This document shows positions 46,037 through 60,927 of a stretch of DNA of 64,000 nucleotides, piece by piece. The first letter of the stretch is position 1. Every line of letters starts with the position of its first letter. The translations under genes and the position numbers were made by a program. Origin of the DNA: an uncultured Holophagales bacterium (GTDB taxonomy: Bacteria > Acidobacteriota > Thermoanaerobaculia > Multivoradales > UBA5704); assembly GCA_963842525.1 (NCBI GenBank), contig CAWJGT010000001.1, positions 288,001-352,000 of the forward strand. Direction: 5' to 3'. Under the pieces are notes generated by a model. The model ran no database searches. It had not been told where the DNA came from and worked only from the letters and a program-made list of their open reading frames with translations.

Positions 46037-46282
46037 ATGAAAGCTTTGCTGCGTCTCGCCTTGGCCGTCGTCATCCTGGCCGGTGTGGTTACGGTCCCCA
46101 CATCCGCGGACAGCGCCTCGTTGAGCTGGCAGATCGGCAGCGGCTCGTTCGAGCTGCAATGCGCGCAGTTCTGCATGGTGGCCCTCTGCCCCGAACCGCA
46201 GACCTGTGGGGTCTTTACCGACTCCAACGGCCAGCGTGCCTGCGGCTGCCACAATCCCTATGGGGGACCCGTCGGCTCCTGA
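46037..46282 (+). CDS. small secreted peptide with six Cys
   Basis: RBS GGAG; signal peptide; C-X3-C-X4-C-X5-C-X11-C-X-C. Confidence 0.72.
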   Translation: MKALLRLALAVVILAGVVTVPTSADSASLSWQIGSGSFELQCAQFCMVALCPEPQTCGVFTDSNGQRACGCHNPYGGPVGS

Positions 46283-46351
46283 CCGCGAACGTGCGAGGTC
46301 AGACCCGGTCCGGGGAGAGGCCTGCCCTGGACCGGGTGCTCAGGTGACAAG

Positions 46352-46555
46352 TCACCAGCATTCGCAGAAGCATGCGGGGGTGCAGCGACCCAACCCGACT
46401 CCGCAGTAGCTCTCGCAATTCATCTGGCAGATATCCTGATACGGACACCACCAGCCGAGGTTGGACTGCGCCCGCTCGCCGGCCGGCGACAGTTGCGTCA
46501 AGGAAACAAGAAGACAGACAACCGCGGTAGCCATCGCCCTGTGTACAGCTCGCAT
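46352..46555 (-). CDS. small secreted peptide with eight Cys (defensin-like spacing)
   Basis: RBS GAGGAGG; hydrophobic leader; WWCPYQDICQMNCESYCGVGLGRCTPACFCECW. Confidence 0.72.
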   Translation of the reverse strand: MRAVHRAMATAVVCLLVSLTQLSPAGERAQSNLGWWCPYQDICQMNCESYCGVGLGRCTPACFCECW

Positions 46556-46651
46556 AGAATGCCTCCTCTGTGTTGATGTCCTGATTCTCTCCTTCAGCCT
46601 TCTACTATACCCGACGAGCCCAGAGACGCCGCACCGATCATCCCGGAAGCG

Positions 46652-48313
46652 TCAGTCGCCGCCCGCGAGCAGGGCGCGGATCTCGTCGTCCTTGCCGGTC
46701 AGTTGCCAGCGGATCAACGACACCGGGATGACCCCGGCGGCATCGACCTCGGCGAAGAAGTCGGAGAGCTTGAAAGCGTTGCCGAGCTGGTGACTGCGCT
46801 CGGCCAGCAGACGCTCGATCTGGTATTTGCCCGTGATGTAGCTGCTGCCGTAGGTGGGCTGGCGTAAGTAGAGCTGCTGCTCGAAGCCGAGGAGATCGAG
46901 GTCTTCCCGCATCCAGCCACGAGGGGTCCACTTGACGTGAAAATCGCGCCCCTGCTGGAGGGTGAATTCGTTGGCGTGGACGTAGAGGGACCCCAGCCCG
47001 CGGGCGGCGCGCTGGGCCAGCATGATCCAGACGATCTCGCGCGCCCGCGGGTTGTCGTCGTAGAGACCGGCGTGCATCATCATCTCTTCCACCCCGGTGG
47101 CCAGGCCCTCGGAGCGGCCGGCGAAGATGTTGTATAGCAGTGGGCCACGACGGATCGGGCTGGCGTGCGGCTCCTCCCGCATGCGCGCCAGGTCCCACCA
47201 GTGATAGAAGTGGGTCCACAGCGTCATGGGCTCGTAGTGGATGGCAATATGAAAGAAATTGCGCGACTCGACGGGCACGAAGGCCCCGAGGTGGGCGCGC
47301 AGCGCCGGATCCATATAGCCGCGGATCGGCATGATCTCTTTCTGCGCCAGGAAGGCGAGGTATTTGCTCGCCGCCTGGTTGGCCCGCCGCGTGTACTCTT
47401 CGGGTGAGGCGATCGCGACCAGGGGCGGCAGATGCCGGTTGCGCTGCTCTTCGAGACGGAGGGAGGCGTGGGCGCGGTCGAGCTCCCGCCGCAGCAGCCG
47501 GACCTCGTCGTCCCAGGTCATCGGGATCAGATGGACGTTGCGCAACGCCCAGTTGTAGTGCTCTTTGCCGATTCCCGACGGGCCGGTCTTCGAGGGCGCC
47601 TGCTGCTCGAGCCAGGCGACGAAGTCCTCCGTCGCGCGCAGGGCCGCGGTGATAGAGCCGGTGAGAGCCTCGCCGGCTCCGCCGGTCCTCCGCCGCAGAT
47701 CCTCGAGCGTTGCCACCTGATCGCGCATCGTCCCGATGCCTGCCAGCCAGAGCTCGCGCGCATTGCCCACCAGGTTCTGCCGCGCCTGTTGGAGCAGAGG
47801 CGGGATGGTCCGGAGCTCCGAGGCCAATCGCGCCTCGTCCGCCGCGGCCAGCGGAAAGGTGTACGTCCACAGCTCGATGATGGCGTGGTGGGTCGGTCCC
47901 TCATGGGCCGGGGTATCGCTCTGGTCGGTCCACACCGAAAGGTAGAAGGCCGGGTCGCGGGCCCAGGGGCGAAGCACCCGGTGGTTGAAGTCGAGCCCGT
48001 TCATCTCGGCCCGTACGAGGTGGTAATCGACCTGCTGCGCGATGGGCCAGCCGCCCGGATCGATGGCCCGCAACCGCGCCTGGAAGGCGCGCAGCCCCTC
48101 GTGCTGAGCCGCCATGGCCGCCGCCCCATAGTCAGGCGCGCCGTCGCGCCGCGGCGGCGGCTCGAAGGCCCTCCACTGCGCGAAGAGGGCGACCAGCGCG
48201 TCGTAGCCCGCCGGCACCTCCTGCGAGCGCACGGTGGGAGGCAGCAGCATCGTGAGCACCAGCCCGAGAGTCAGCGCGCGGCTTGCAAGGTGGCGGGGAG
48301 CTTCAGAGCCCAT
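46652..48313 (-). CDS. DUF885-like secreted protein
   Basis: Signal peptide; RSEGLATGVEE, QQLYLRQPTYGSSYITGKYQI, FKLSDFF, GVIPVSLI. Confidence 0.8.
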   Translation of the reverse strand: MGSEAPRHLASRALTLGLVLTMLLPPTVRSQEVPAGYDALVALFAQWRAFEPPPRRDGAPDYGAAAMAAQHEGLRAFQARLRAIDPGGWPIAQQVDYHLVRAEMNGLDFNHRVLRPWARDPAFYLSVWTDQSDTPAHEGPTHHAIIELWTYTFPLAAADEARLASELRTIPPLLQQARQNLVGNARELWLAGIGTMRDQVATLEDLRRRTGGAGEALTGSITAALRATEDFVAWLEQQAPSKTGPSGIGKEHYNWALRNVHLIPMTWDDEVRLLRRELDRAHASLRLEEQRNRHLPPLVAIASPEEYTRRANQAASKYLAFLAQKEIMPIRGYMDPALRAHLGAFVPVESRNFFHIAIHYEPMTLWTHFYHWWDLARMREEPHASPIRRGPLLYNIFAGRSEGLATGVEEMMMHAGLYDDNPRAREIVWIMLAQRAARGLGSLYVHANEFTLQQGRDFHVKWTPRGWMREDLDLLGFEQQLYLRQPTYGSSYITGKYQIERLLAERSHQLGNAFKLSDFFAEVDAAGVIPVSLIRWQLTGKDDEIRALLAGGD

Positions 48314-48465
48314 GGCGGATTCCTTTCTCGCACCGCAATCTTGTCACGGCTGCGTTGTCATGAGTCTCTCCTTTCCAGATGGGTCTGAGGAGAAGATGAG
48401 ACACCGCTACGCTTCTTTCAAAGATTGGGGGACAACGGCCCATCTACCTATCCGCCGCAGGCGGA

Positions 48466-48610
48466 TTTAGTTCAACTCGCCGAGTTAAGGCTTATGCGGA
48501 GGAGTTAAGGCTTATCCCGGCCGTTTAAGGCTTAACTCGACGAGCTAAGCCTTAAGTGAATGGCGTTAAGGCTTCGGCGGGCCGTTTAGCGTTAATCGGC
48601 TCAGTTAACC
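48466..48610. repeat. non-coding 20-bp-period array with core (G/T)TTAAGGCTTA and 9-10-nt variable segments
   Basis: gttaaggctta-tgcggagga-gttaaggctta-tcccggccg-tttaaggctta-actcgacga-gctaagcctta-agtgaatggc-gttaaggctt... Confidence 0.85.
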
Positions 48611-48864
48611 ACCGCGGCCGCGGCCTGAGCCCTCGTCCTTGAGCGCCCATGGGGGGAGTCTCGGAGCGCTCTCGTCCTGGAGCAGGGTACGGGGTCCCTC
48701 GCTGGTGGCGGGCGTCGAGACCCGAGAAGCCGGGGCTGTGCCGGCCTTGCTACAATATCGAGAACACCAGGCAACGGGTGTCTCTGGGTTGGTTCTTGCC
48801 GCCGGGTGCGCCGCACCCGTGGGAACAGCTTGACCGCACCGCTGAGGAGGACTGTAGACGACGC

Positions 48865-52460
<3,596 letters not shown>

Positions 52461-52464
<4 letters not shown>

Positions 52465-53168
52465 AGCCGGCCAAACCTCGGAACAAGCGTCCCCAGGCGA
52501 CCCCTGCGCTTGCCGCTCCGCCCGAGGAACAGACCTTCGCCGAGGTCGTGGAGATGATCCAGGCCGCCCGCGGGCAGGCTCTGGCGGCCGTCAACACCGC
52601 CCTCGTCGATCTCTATTGGCGGATCGGTGAATACATCTCGCGCAAACTGGCGACCGCAAGCTGGGGCGAAGGCGTGGTGACCGACCTGGCCAGCTACATC
52701 GAGCGGCGTTACCCGAACCTCAGGGGCTTCACCCGCCGGAACTTGTTCAGAATGCGGCAGTTCTTTGAGACTTACACGAAGGACGAAATAGTGTCGGCAC
52801 CGCTGACACTATTGCCCTGGACCCACCACCTCCTGATTCTGAGTCGCTGCAGGCGGCCTGAGGAACGGCAGTTCTACATCCGTCTGGCCGTCCAGGAGAA
52901 GTGGTCCAGCCGCGACCTCGAGCGTCAGCTCGCCGGCGCCCTGTTCGAGCGCGCGGTGCTGAATCCGCCCAAAGTCTCAACCGCGTTGAGACAATTACAC
53001 CCCGGCGGACACCGAATGACCCCGAAGAAGAAGCTCATCGAAGTCGCCCTCCCGCTCGACGCCATCAACAAGGCCGGCGCGCGGGAGAAGTCCCCTTCCC
53101 GTTGCGCCGGTACACCATCCGCGTCCCCGGCAGCGCTTGCCCGCAGGTCGGTTACGCATGCCCCTTGA
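52461..53168 (+). pseudogene. YhcG/DUF1016 N-terminal domain only, run in frame into a duplicated DUF1156 start
   Basis: VNTALVDLYWRIGEYI, WGEGVV, RRNLFRMRQF, LPWTHH, WSSRDLERQ; no C-terminal PDDEXK domain; continues as [14 protein letters not shown]. Confidence 0.8.
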
Positions 53169-53537
53169 ACGGTCACGCCTTCCCGTGGAGATGTCGCGCA
53201 TGCCTGTTCGACAGGTAGAGGCTCCCGTTGAACGGTCACGCGCTCCCGTTGAGCGGTCATGCAGAACTTGCTCACGGTCACGCGTTCCTGTTGAACGGTC
53301 ACGCGCTCCCGTTGAACGGTCATGCAGTACTTGCTCACAGTCACGCGCTCCCGTTGAACCGGCACGCGCTCCCGTTGAACGGGCACGCGTTCCCGTTGAA
53401 CGGGCACGCAGAACTTGCTCACGGGCGCGCCTGTTCGCGCTCTTCGGAACGGACACCGAATGACCCCGAAGAAGAAGCTCATCGAAGTCGCCCTCCCGCT
53501 CGACGCCATCAACAAGGCCAGCGCGCGGGAGAAGTCC
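53006..53537. repeat. 88-bp direct repeats (53006-53093, 53450-53537) flanking about 16 tandem 21-bp units, consensus GCGCTCCCGTTGAACGGTCAC
   Basis: The direct repeats differ at one base; units at a fixed 21-bp phase from about 53093 to 53428. Confidence 0.93.
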
Positions 53538-56500
53538 ATCCGCCACGGGCACCCGTCCACGCTCCACCTCTGGTGGGCGCGGCGGCCTCTTGCGGCGGCG
53601 CGGGCCGTGATCTTCTCCCAGATGGTGGACGATCCCTCGGCCTACGTGGATGTGCTCCGGGCGGACCCGAAGCTGCGCCGGAAGGCAGAGGCCGTGCTCA
53701 AGGCCCGTCTGAAGCTGTGGCAGGAGGCCCGGACTCTCGCCGAGAAGGCCAAAGAGGCCGGGCTCCCGGTGCCGGAACCAGGGCCGGCACCGACACTCGA
53801 CGACATGCTGGCCGACCAGGAGCGCCAGCGGCTGTTCCGCATCATCGAGGATCTGGTGCTGTGGGAGAACACCACCAACGAGAAGGTGCTGCAGGCGGCG
53901 CGCGACGAGATCTGGCAGAGCTGGCGGCGGACCTGCGCCGAGAACGCCGATCACCCCCGCGCCAAGGAGCTTTTCGATCGCCACAAGCTTCCCGCCTTCC
54001 ACGATCCCTTCGCCGGCGGCGGGTCGCTGCCGCTGGAGGCGCAGCGTCTGGGGCTGGAGAGCTACGCCAGCGATCTCAATCCCGTGGCGGTGCTGATCAA
54101 CAAGGCGATGATCGAAATCCCGCCCAAGTTCGCGGGCCGGCCGCCGGTGAATCCCGACTATCGCAAATCTCTTTTTTCGCTGGGAGCGCCGGCTTCCAGC
54201 CGGCCCCATCCGCCCGAGCACAAGGAATGGTTCAGCCGAGGCTACCTGCCGCACTTCGATGTTCCCGACCTTCTGCAATCCATCACCTTCCGGTTGGCCG
54301 ATTCTCTTCCCCAGGAGGCGTTGGACGAGATGGCCCGTGAGCTCGCGGCACACGCGGAAACCCAACGGCAGACGGAACGAGAGAGGCGCATCGCCACCTA
54401 CCTCGACGCCGGTCACGGCGCATGCTGGCTCAAGGATCCCCGCGTCGCAGCCCTGGTCGAGAACGCCCTCCTCCATTTCGACGGCCAGCGCTACCGGCTG
54501 CTCGCCTGGTGTGTGATGCCCAATCATGTCCATGCCCTCGTGGAGACGAAGGACGGATTCCCGCTTTCGGAGATCGTCCATTCCTGGAAATCCTTCACGG
54601 CCAACGAAGCGAACAAGATCCTCGACCGCAAGGGGGAGTTCTGGCAGCGCGAATATCACGACCGCTTCATCCGGGACGATGACCATTACCGGAATGCTGT
54701 GGTCTACATCGAAAGCAATCCGGTCAAGGCCGGGTTGGCGAAGTCCGCGGAAGCATGGAGATATTCCAGCGCCTGGAGCTACGAAGAAAAAAAGGCCGGC
54801 AAGGATGCCGGCGCTCCCAGCATGTGGCGCGGCGCGCAGGGACTAGCCGAGGACGTGCGCTACTACGGGCAGTGGATGCGCGACGAGGCGGAGAAGCGGA
54901 TCGGCCACCTCTACCCGAAAGTCGAAGTCACGGTCGAGATGGTGAAGGAGCGGCCCGACCTCGAAGTCCTACGTGGGCCAGAAGCTGACAGTGATCGCTT
55001 GGCTCTGGGCGCGCACGGTGAAGAGCCCGAACCCGGCCTTCGCGCAGGTGGACGTGCCGCTCGCTTCCACCTTCATGCTCGCCAATAAGGAGGGCAAGGA
55101 AGCGTACGTCGAGCCGGTGATCGAAGGAGACGGCTACCGCTTCACGGTGAAGATGGGCAAACCCAAGGACGCTGATGCAGTAGAGAGTGGCACCAAACTC
55201 TCGCGCGGAAGCTTCCGATGCCTATGTCTCGGGCGTACCGATCCCGTACGAATATATCAGATGACGAGGCCAAGGCCGACCGCATGGGCGCGCGGCTGAT
55301 GGCTGTTGTTGCCGAGGGTGGGCGCGGGCGAGTTTATCTTACACCGACTGAGACTATGGACATGGTGGCGCAAGCGGCAATGCCGACGTGGAAGCCAGAT
55401 GCTCCGAGCCGAGGGACATGGGCAAGCAATGCTCAAGGGCGCCGTTATGGGTTTCGAACATTTGGCGACTATTTCACCCCCCGGCAACTCGTGGCGCTAA
55501 CGACCTTCTCCGATCTGGTGCAGGAAGTGCGCGAGCGCGTGAAGTGTGATGCCCTCGCCGCAGACCTGCCGGATGACGGCAAGCCTCTCGCCTCCGCCGG
55601 CATCGGCGCTGCGGCCTATGCGGATGCCGTAGGAGTTTATCTTGGGCTTTCTGCAAGCAAGGCGGCCGACAATAATTCGACGATTTGTTCATGGATGCCC
55701 GGCATCAAATACGAAGTCGTAAGGAATACCTTCTCACGACAGGCCATCCCAATGACCTGGGACTTCGCTGAGTCGAATCCCTTTGCTGAGTCATCTGGAG
55801 ATTTCTATCAGCAGGTAAAGCGCGCTCTAACTGTGTTCGAGATTTCCTTCGTCACAGCCGGTGCCAATGGCAGTAGTGCCCAGGCAGATGCGCAGTCTGG
55901 CATCGGCTCTGTTCCCCGGGTTGTTTCTACCGATCCACCCTACTACGACAACATCGGCTACGCCGACCTCTCGGATTTCTTCTACGTCTGGCTGCGTCGC
56001 TCGCTGAAGTCGATCTTCCCCGACCTCTTCGCCACCCTCGCCGTGCCCAAGGCCGAGGAACTGGTTGCGACGCCCTACCGCCACGGCAGCAAAGAGAAGG
56101 CGGAGGCGTTCTTCCTCGACGGCATGACGCAGGCGATGCACCGTCTTGCCGAGCAGGCGCATCCGGCCTTCCCGGTAACCATCTACTAGCCTTCAAGCAG
56201 TCGGAGACTGGGACCGAAGGAGACGGCGGCACTGCCAGCACAGGCTGGGACACCTTCCTCGAGGCTGTGATCCGTGCCGGCTTCGCCATCAGCGGCACTT
56301 GGCCGATGCGCACGGAGCGTGGAGCCCGGTCGATTGGGGTTGGTACAAACGCCCTTGCCTCCAGCATCATCCTCGTCTGCCGCCCCCGAGCGGCCGACGC
56401 ACCCACCGCCACTCGCCGCGAGTTCGTCACCGCGCTTAAGGCCGAGCTGCCGAAGGCGCTCGCTCTCCTGCAGCGCGGCAACATCGCCCCGGTGGACCTC

Positions 56501-57132
56501 GCGCAGGCGGCCATCGGCCCAGGCATGGCGGTCTACACCCGCTACGCCCAGCGTGCTCGACGCCGAGGGCAAGCCGCTTCGCGGTGCGCGAGGCGCTGGC
56601 ACTGATCAACCAGACTCTCGACGAGGCACTGGCCGAGCAGGAGGGCGACTTCGATGCCGACAGCCGCTGGGCGCTGACTTGGTTCGAGCAGTCGGGCTTC
56701 GCCGAGGGCGAGTACGGCATGGCCGAACAGCTCTCCAAGTCCAAGAACACAAGCGTTGACGGCATGGGCGAAGCCGGCATCCTCGAAGCCAAGCGCGGCA
56801 AGGTGCGGCTGCTCCGGCCCGAGGAGCTTCCCGCAGACTGGGACCCGACCACCGACGCCCGCCTCACCGCCTGGGAGATGGTCCACCACCTGATCCGCGT
56901 GCTCGAAGCTGGCGGCGAGCGCGCGGCGTCCGTGCTCGCAGCCAAGCTCGGCACCAAGGCCGAGATCGCCCGCGAGCTCTGCTACCGCCTCTACACCCTC
57001 TGCGAGCGCAAGAAGCGGGCGGCTGAGGCGCTCTCGTACAACGGGCTCGTCCAGAGCTGGCCCGAGATCACCCGCCTCGCCCGGGAAGGGCAAGCTGTAC
57101 CCGACCGGCCGAAGCTCCCTGGAATGGAGTGA
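53460..57132 (+). CDS. DUF1156 adenine-specific DNA methyltransferase (several frameshifts; contains RAYT insert)
   Basis: [65 protein letters not shown]. Confidence 0.9.
54179..54821 (+). mobile_element. RAYT (Y1/HUH REP-associated tyrosine transposase) with flanking REP inverted repeats, inserted in frame
   Basis: [51 protein letters not shown]; IRs gctgggagcgccggcttccagccggcc and ggccggcaaggatgccggcgctcccagc. Confidence 0.9.
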
Positions 57133-57434
57133 CCATGACTCACTTGGCGATCTCTGATGAGCAACTGGCGCAGTTCTGCCGGAAGCAGCACATCCGGCGC
57201 TTATCCCTGTTCGGCTCAACGCTCGCGGGTATTGCGAGGCCCGACAGCGACATCGATCTGCTGGTGGAGTTCGAGCCCGGCCGTGAGCCGGGCCTGCTCG
57301 GGCTTGCCACGATGGAGGCCGAGCTAGCCGCGATGCTAGGCGGGAAAAAGGTCGACCTGCGCACCCCGCAGGATCTCAGCCGGCACTTTCGCGACCAGGT
57401 GGTGCGGACGGCCGAGGTCCAATATGCAGCATGA
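57129..57434 (+). CDS. minimal nucleotidyltransferase (MNT/MntA) antitoxin
   Basis: LSLFGS...[12 protein letters not shown]...KVDL. Confidence 0.92.
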   Translation: MTMTHLAISDEQLAQFCRKQHIRRLSLFGSTLAGIARPDSDIDLLVEFEPGREPGLLGLATMEAELAAMLGGKKVDLRTPQDLSRHFRDQVVRTAEVQYAA

Positions 57435-57510
57435 GGATCGAGTCCGCATCCTCCACATCACGGTAGAAGTTCTCCCTTTGTTGCGAGCATTGGCCGGTAC
57501 GATCACCTGA
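57424..57510 (+). pseudogene. remnant of HepT/DUF86 toxin (N- and C-termini only)
   Basis: [28 protein letters not shown], 28 aa, overlapping the MNT stop at the usual HEPN position. Confidence 0.6.
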
Positions 57511-57521
57511 GAGGCTTCAAA

Positions 57522-60500
57522 ATGGCAACAACCAACCACGACCGCGTCAGCAAGGCTCTCGGGCTGCTCAATGCAGGCCTGCGCCCCTTCGTCGAGCGCG
57601 AGCTCAAGTCAGTGTTCGGCGAAAACTGGGGCGCCGAGGTGAAGGAAACCTTGAGCGATACGCGCCTCGGTGGCGGTAAGGGTGATGCGCTGCAGGATGT
57701 CGCGGTGCAGTTGGTCATCATGGATCGACATTGGGGCGCTGTCTTCCGCAAGACTCTGGGAAAGGCAGAGCGTAGTCTGGTGAACGAGCTTCTGGAGGTT
57801 CGGCATCGTTGGGCGCACCAGAACCTCTTCTCGAGCGACGATGCCGACCGCGCGCTCGACTCCATAGCCCGGCTCTTGACCGCGATCTCGGCGCCCGAGG
57901 CCGACGAGGTCGGCAAGATGAAGATGGAGCTGCGGCGGCTGATGTTCGACGAGCAGGTGCGCAGCGAGAAGCGCAAGAGCGCCGGCACGGCCATCGAGAG
58001 CGCGGCGGCGGGCACCCTCAAGCCCTGGCGCGAGGTCGTCACGCCGCACAAGGACGTGGCGAGCGGACGCTACCAGCAGGCCGAGTTCGCCGCCGATCTC
58101 TGGCAGGTGCATCTGGGCGAAGGGACGGACGAGTACAGGAACCCGGTCGAGTTCTTCCGCCGCACCTACCTCACCGAAAGCCTGAAAGCGATGCTGGTCG
58201 GCGCCGTGCGGCGCCTCTCCGGCCAGGGCGGCGACCCGGTGGTGCAGCTCCAGACCAACTTCGGCGGTGGCAAGACGCACTCGATGCTGGCGCTCTACCA
58301 CCTGTTCTCCGGCGTCGACCCCGAGCGAGCTGGCGGGCATCGACGCGGTGCTGGCAGGAGGCGGGCGTCAAGAGCCTGCCCAGCGGCGCAGCGCGTCGTC
58401 CTGGTGGGCAACAAGATCTCGCCCGGCAATCCGGTCACCAAGCCGGACGGCACCGTCGTCCGCACGCTGTGGGGCGAGCTGGCGTGGCAGCTCGGCGGCA
58501 AGAAGGCCTTCGCCCGCATCCAGGCCGACGACGAGAAGGCCACCAGCCCCGGCGACGTGCTGCGCGAGCTGTTCGTCGAGTACGGACCGTGCCTGATCCT
58601 GATCGACGAATGGGTGGCCTACGCGCGCCAGCTCCACGACCAGAGCGATCTGCCGGCTGGCGGCTTCGAGACCCAGTTCACTTTCGCCCAGGTGCTGACC
58701 GAATCGGCCAAGCTGGCGAGCAACTGCCTGCTCGTCATCAGCCTGCCCGCCTCGGACACCTCCGGCTCACCGCACACGCAGGCGGACAATGTGGAGGTCG
58801 GCGGCCAGCGGGGGCGGGAGGCGCTCGACCGGCTGCGCAACGTGGTGGGGCGCGTCGAGTCCTCCTGGCGGCCGGCGAGCGCCGAGGAGGGCTTCGAGAT
58901 CGTGCGCCGGCGGCTGTTCGAGCCGATCTCGGACCCGGCGCAATATCAAGGACCGCGATGTCGTGGCGCGGGCCTTCGCCGACTTCTATCGCACGCAGGA
59001 AGCGGAGTTTCCGCCCGAGTGCCGCACGGCCGACTACGAGAAGCGCATCAAGGCCGCCTATCCCATCCACCCGGAGATCTTCGACCGGCTCTACACCGAC
59101 TGGTCGACCCTGGTGAAGTTCCAGCGCACGCGCGGCGTGTTGCGACTGATGGCGGCGGTCATCCACAGCCTCTGGGAGAAGGGGGACAGGAACCCGCTGA
59201 TCCTGCCGGCGAACATCTCGATCGACGACAACCGCGTCCAGTTCGAGCTGACGCGCTACCTCTCGGACAACTGGGTGCCGGTGATCGAGAAGGACGTCGA
59301 CGGCCCCAGCTCGCTGCCCCTGCGGATGGACAGCGACGTGCCGAACCTCGGCAAATTCTCCGCCTGCCGGCGTGTGGCACGCACCATCTACCTGGGCTCG
59401 GCGCCGCTGACCCAGGCCGCGCACCGCGGCCTCGAAGACCGGCGGGTGAAGCTCGGCTGCGTGATGCCCGGCGAATCGCCCGCAGATCTTCGGCGATGCC
59501 CTGCGGCGGCTCGCCGGAGCGGCGACCTATCTCTATCAGGATGGCGCGCGCTATTGGTATTCCACCCAGCCCACCGTGACCAAGCTGGCGGAAGACCGCG
59601 CCGAGCAATTGAAGCGCGAGCCGGACAAGGTCGTGCACGAGATCGACAAGCGCCTGCGGGCCGACCTCGCGAAAAAGGATGATCTTCAACCGCATCCACC
59701 CGCTGCCGCCCACCGGGTATGACGTGCCGGACGACCTCGAGGCGAGGCTCGTGGTGATCGGAGTGGATCATTCCTACAGCAAGGAGCCGGGCAACGCGGC
59801 CGAGACCTTCGCGAAGGCCATTCTGGAGATGCGCGGCAACGCGCCCCGCCTCTATCGCAACGCCCTCGTCTTCCTCGCCGCGGACAAGACCCGTCTGCAG
59901 GACCTGGACGAGGCGGCTCGCAAGTATCTCGCGTGGGAATCGATTCTGGCCGAGAAGGCTGGTCACTGAACCTCGATCCACAGCAGGTCAAGCAGGCCGA
60001 GACGCAGAAAATCGCCGCCGACAGCGTCGTCACCGCCCGCATCCCGGAAACCTATCAATGGTTGCTGGTGCCCGGGCAGGAGAAGCCGGACCACGCGATC
60101 GAGTGGCAGGCCCACAAGCTCACCGGCCAGGATGTGTTGTCGGCGCGCGTGAGCAAGAAGCTGCGGAACGATGAGCGCCTGCTGACCGTTTTCGCCGGCA
60201 CGAGACTCCGTATGGAGCTCGACCGGGTCCCTCTCTGGCGCGGCGACCACGTGGAGGTCAAGCAGCTCGCCGAAGACTTTGCGCGCTATCTCTACCTGCC
60301 GCGGCTCAAGGATACGTCAGTCTTGATCGGTGCCATTCGCGATGGGATGACGCTCCTGACCTGGCAGCAGGAGAGCTTCGCCTTCGCCGACAGCTTCGAC
60401 GAGAGCGCCGGCCGCTACCGGGGCCTGCGCGGAGGGCAGGGCATTTCTCTCTCCGGCACCGACACGGCAGGCGTCCTGGTGAAGGGGGACGTCGCCCGCG

Positions 60501-60850
60501 CACAGCTCGATGCCGAGAGCACTCCGGCGCCCGGCGGCGCCGGATCGACCCCGGCCGGGCCGGCGCAGTCCGGAGAGAGCGTCTCGCCCGAAAGCTCGAA
60601 GCCCGTGGCGGTCCAGCCCAAGCGCTTCCACGGCACAGTCACCCTCGATCCCGCCCGCGTCGGGCGCGACGCCGGCCGCGTGGCCGAAGAGGTGATCGTC
60701 CACCTGGCCGGTCTCCTCGGAGCGAGAGTGACTGTCACACTCGAAATCGAAGCCGAGATCCCCGCGGGCACTCCGGATCATGTCGTACGGACGGTCACGG
60801 AGAACAGCCGGACGCTGAAGTTTACGAGCCAGGGGTTTGAGAAGGAGTAA
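57522..60850 (+). CDS. DUF499 AAA+ ATPase with N-terminal Swt1-like HEPN domain (several frameshifts)
   Basis: EVRHRWAH, PWREVVTPHKDV, EFAADL, QTNFGGGKTHSM, LIDE, YPIHPE, FQRTRGVLRLMA. Confidence 0.9.
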
Positions 60851-60927
60851 GGGGGAGGCCTTCCGGACAGCTCTCCAAGGCTTTCGAACGTTGGGCTCGT
60901 CACAAAATCAGTGTCTCATCTCGGCGC

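Noticed and set aside
52925-53560. Heptad-repeat proteins (VQRERVT, VERSRAP, LNGHALP) from the 21-bp array
   Set aside because: A 21-bp period leaves several frames open by construction; none has a credible start context and they overlap the methyltransferase duplication.
56187-56189. TAG in the methyltransferase as recoding or readthrough
   Set aside because: ATC TAC TAG CC is the expected ATC TAC TAC GCC (IYYAFKQ) minus one base, and the downstream sequence is in a different frame.
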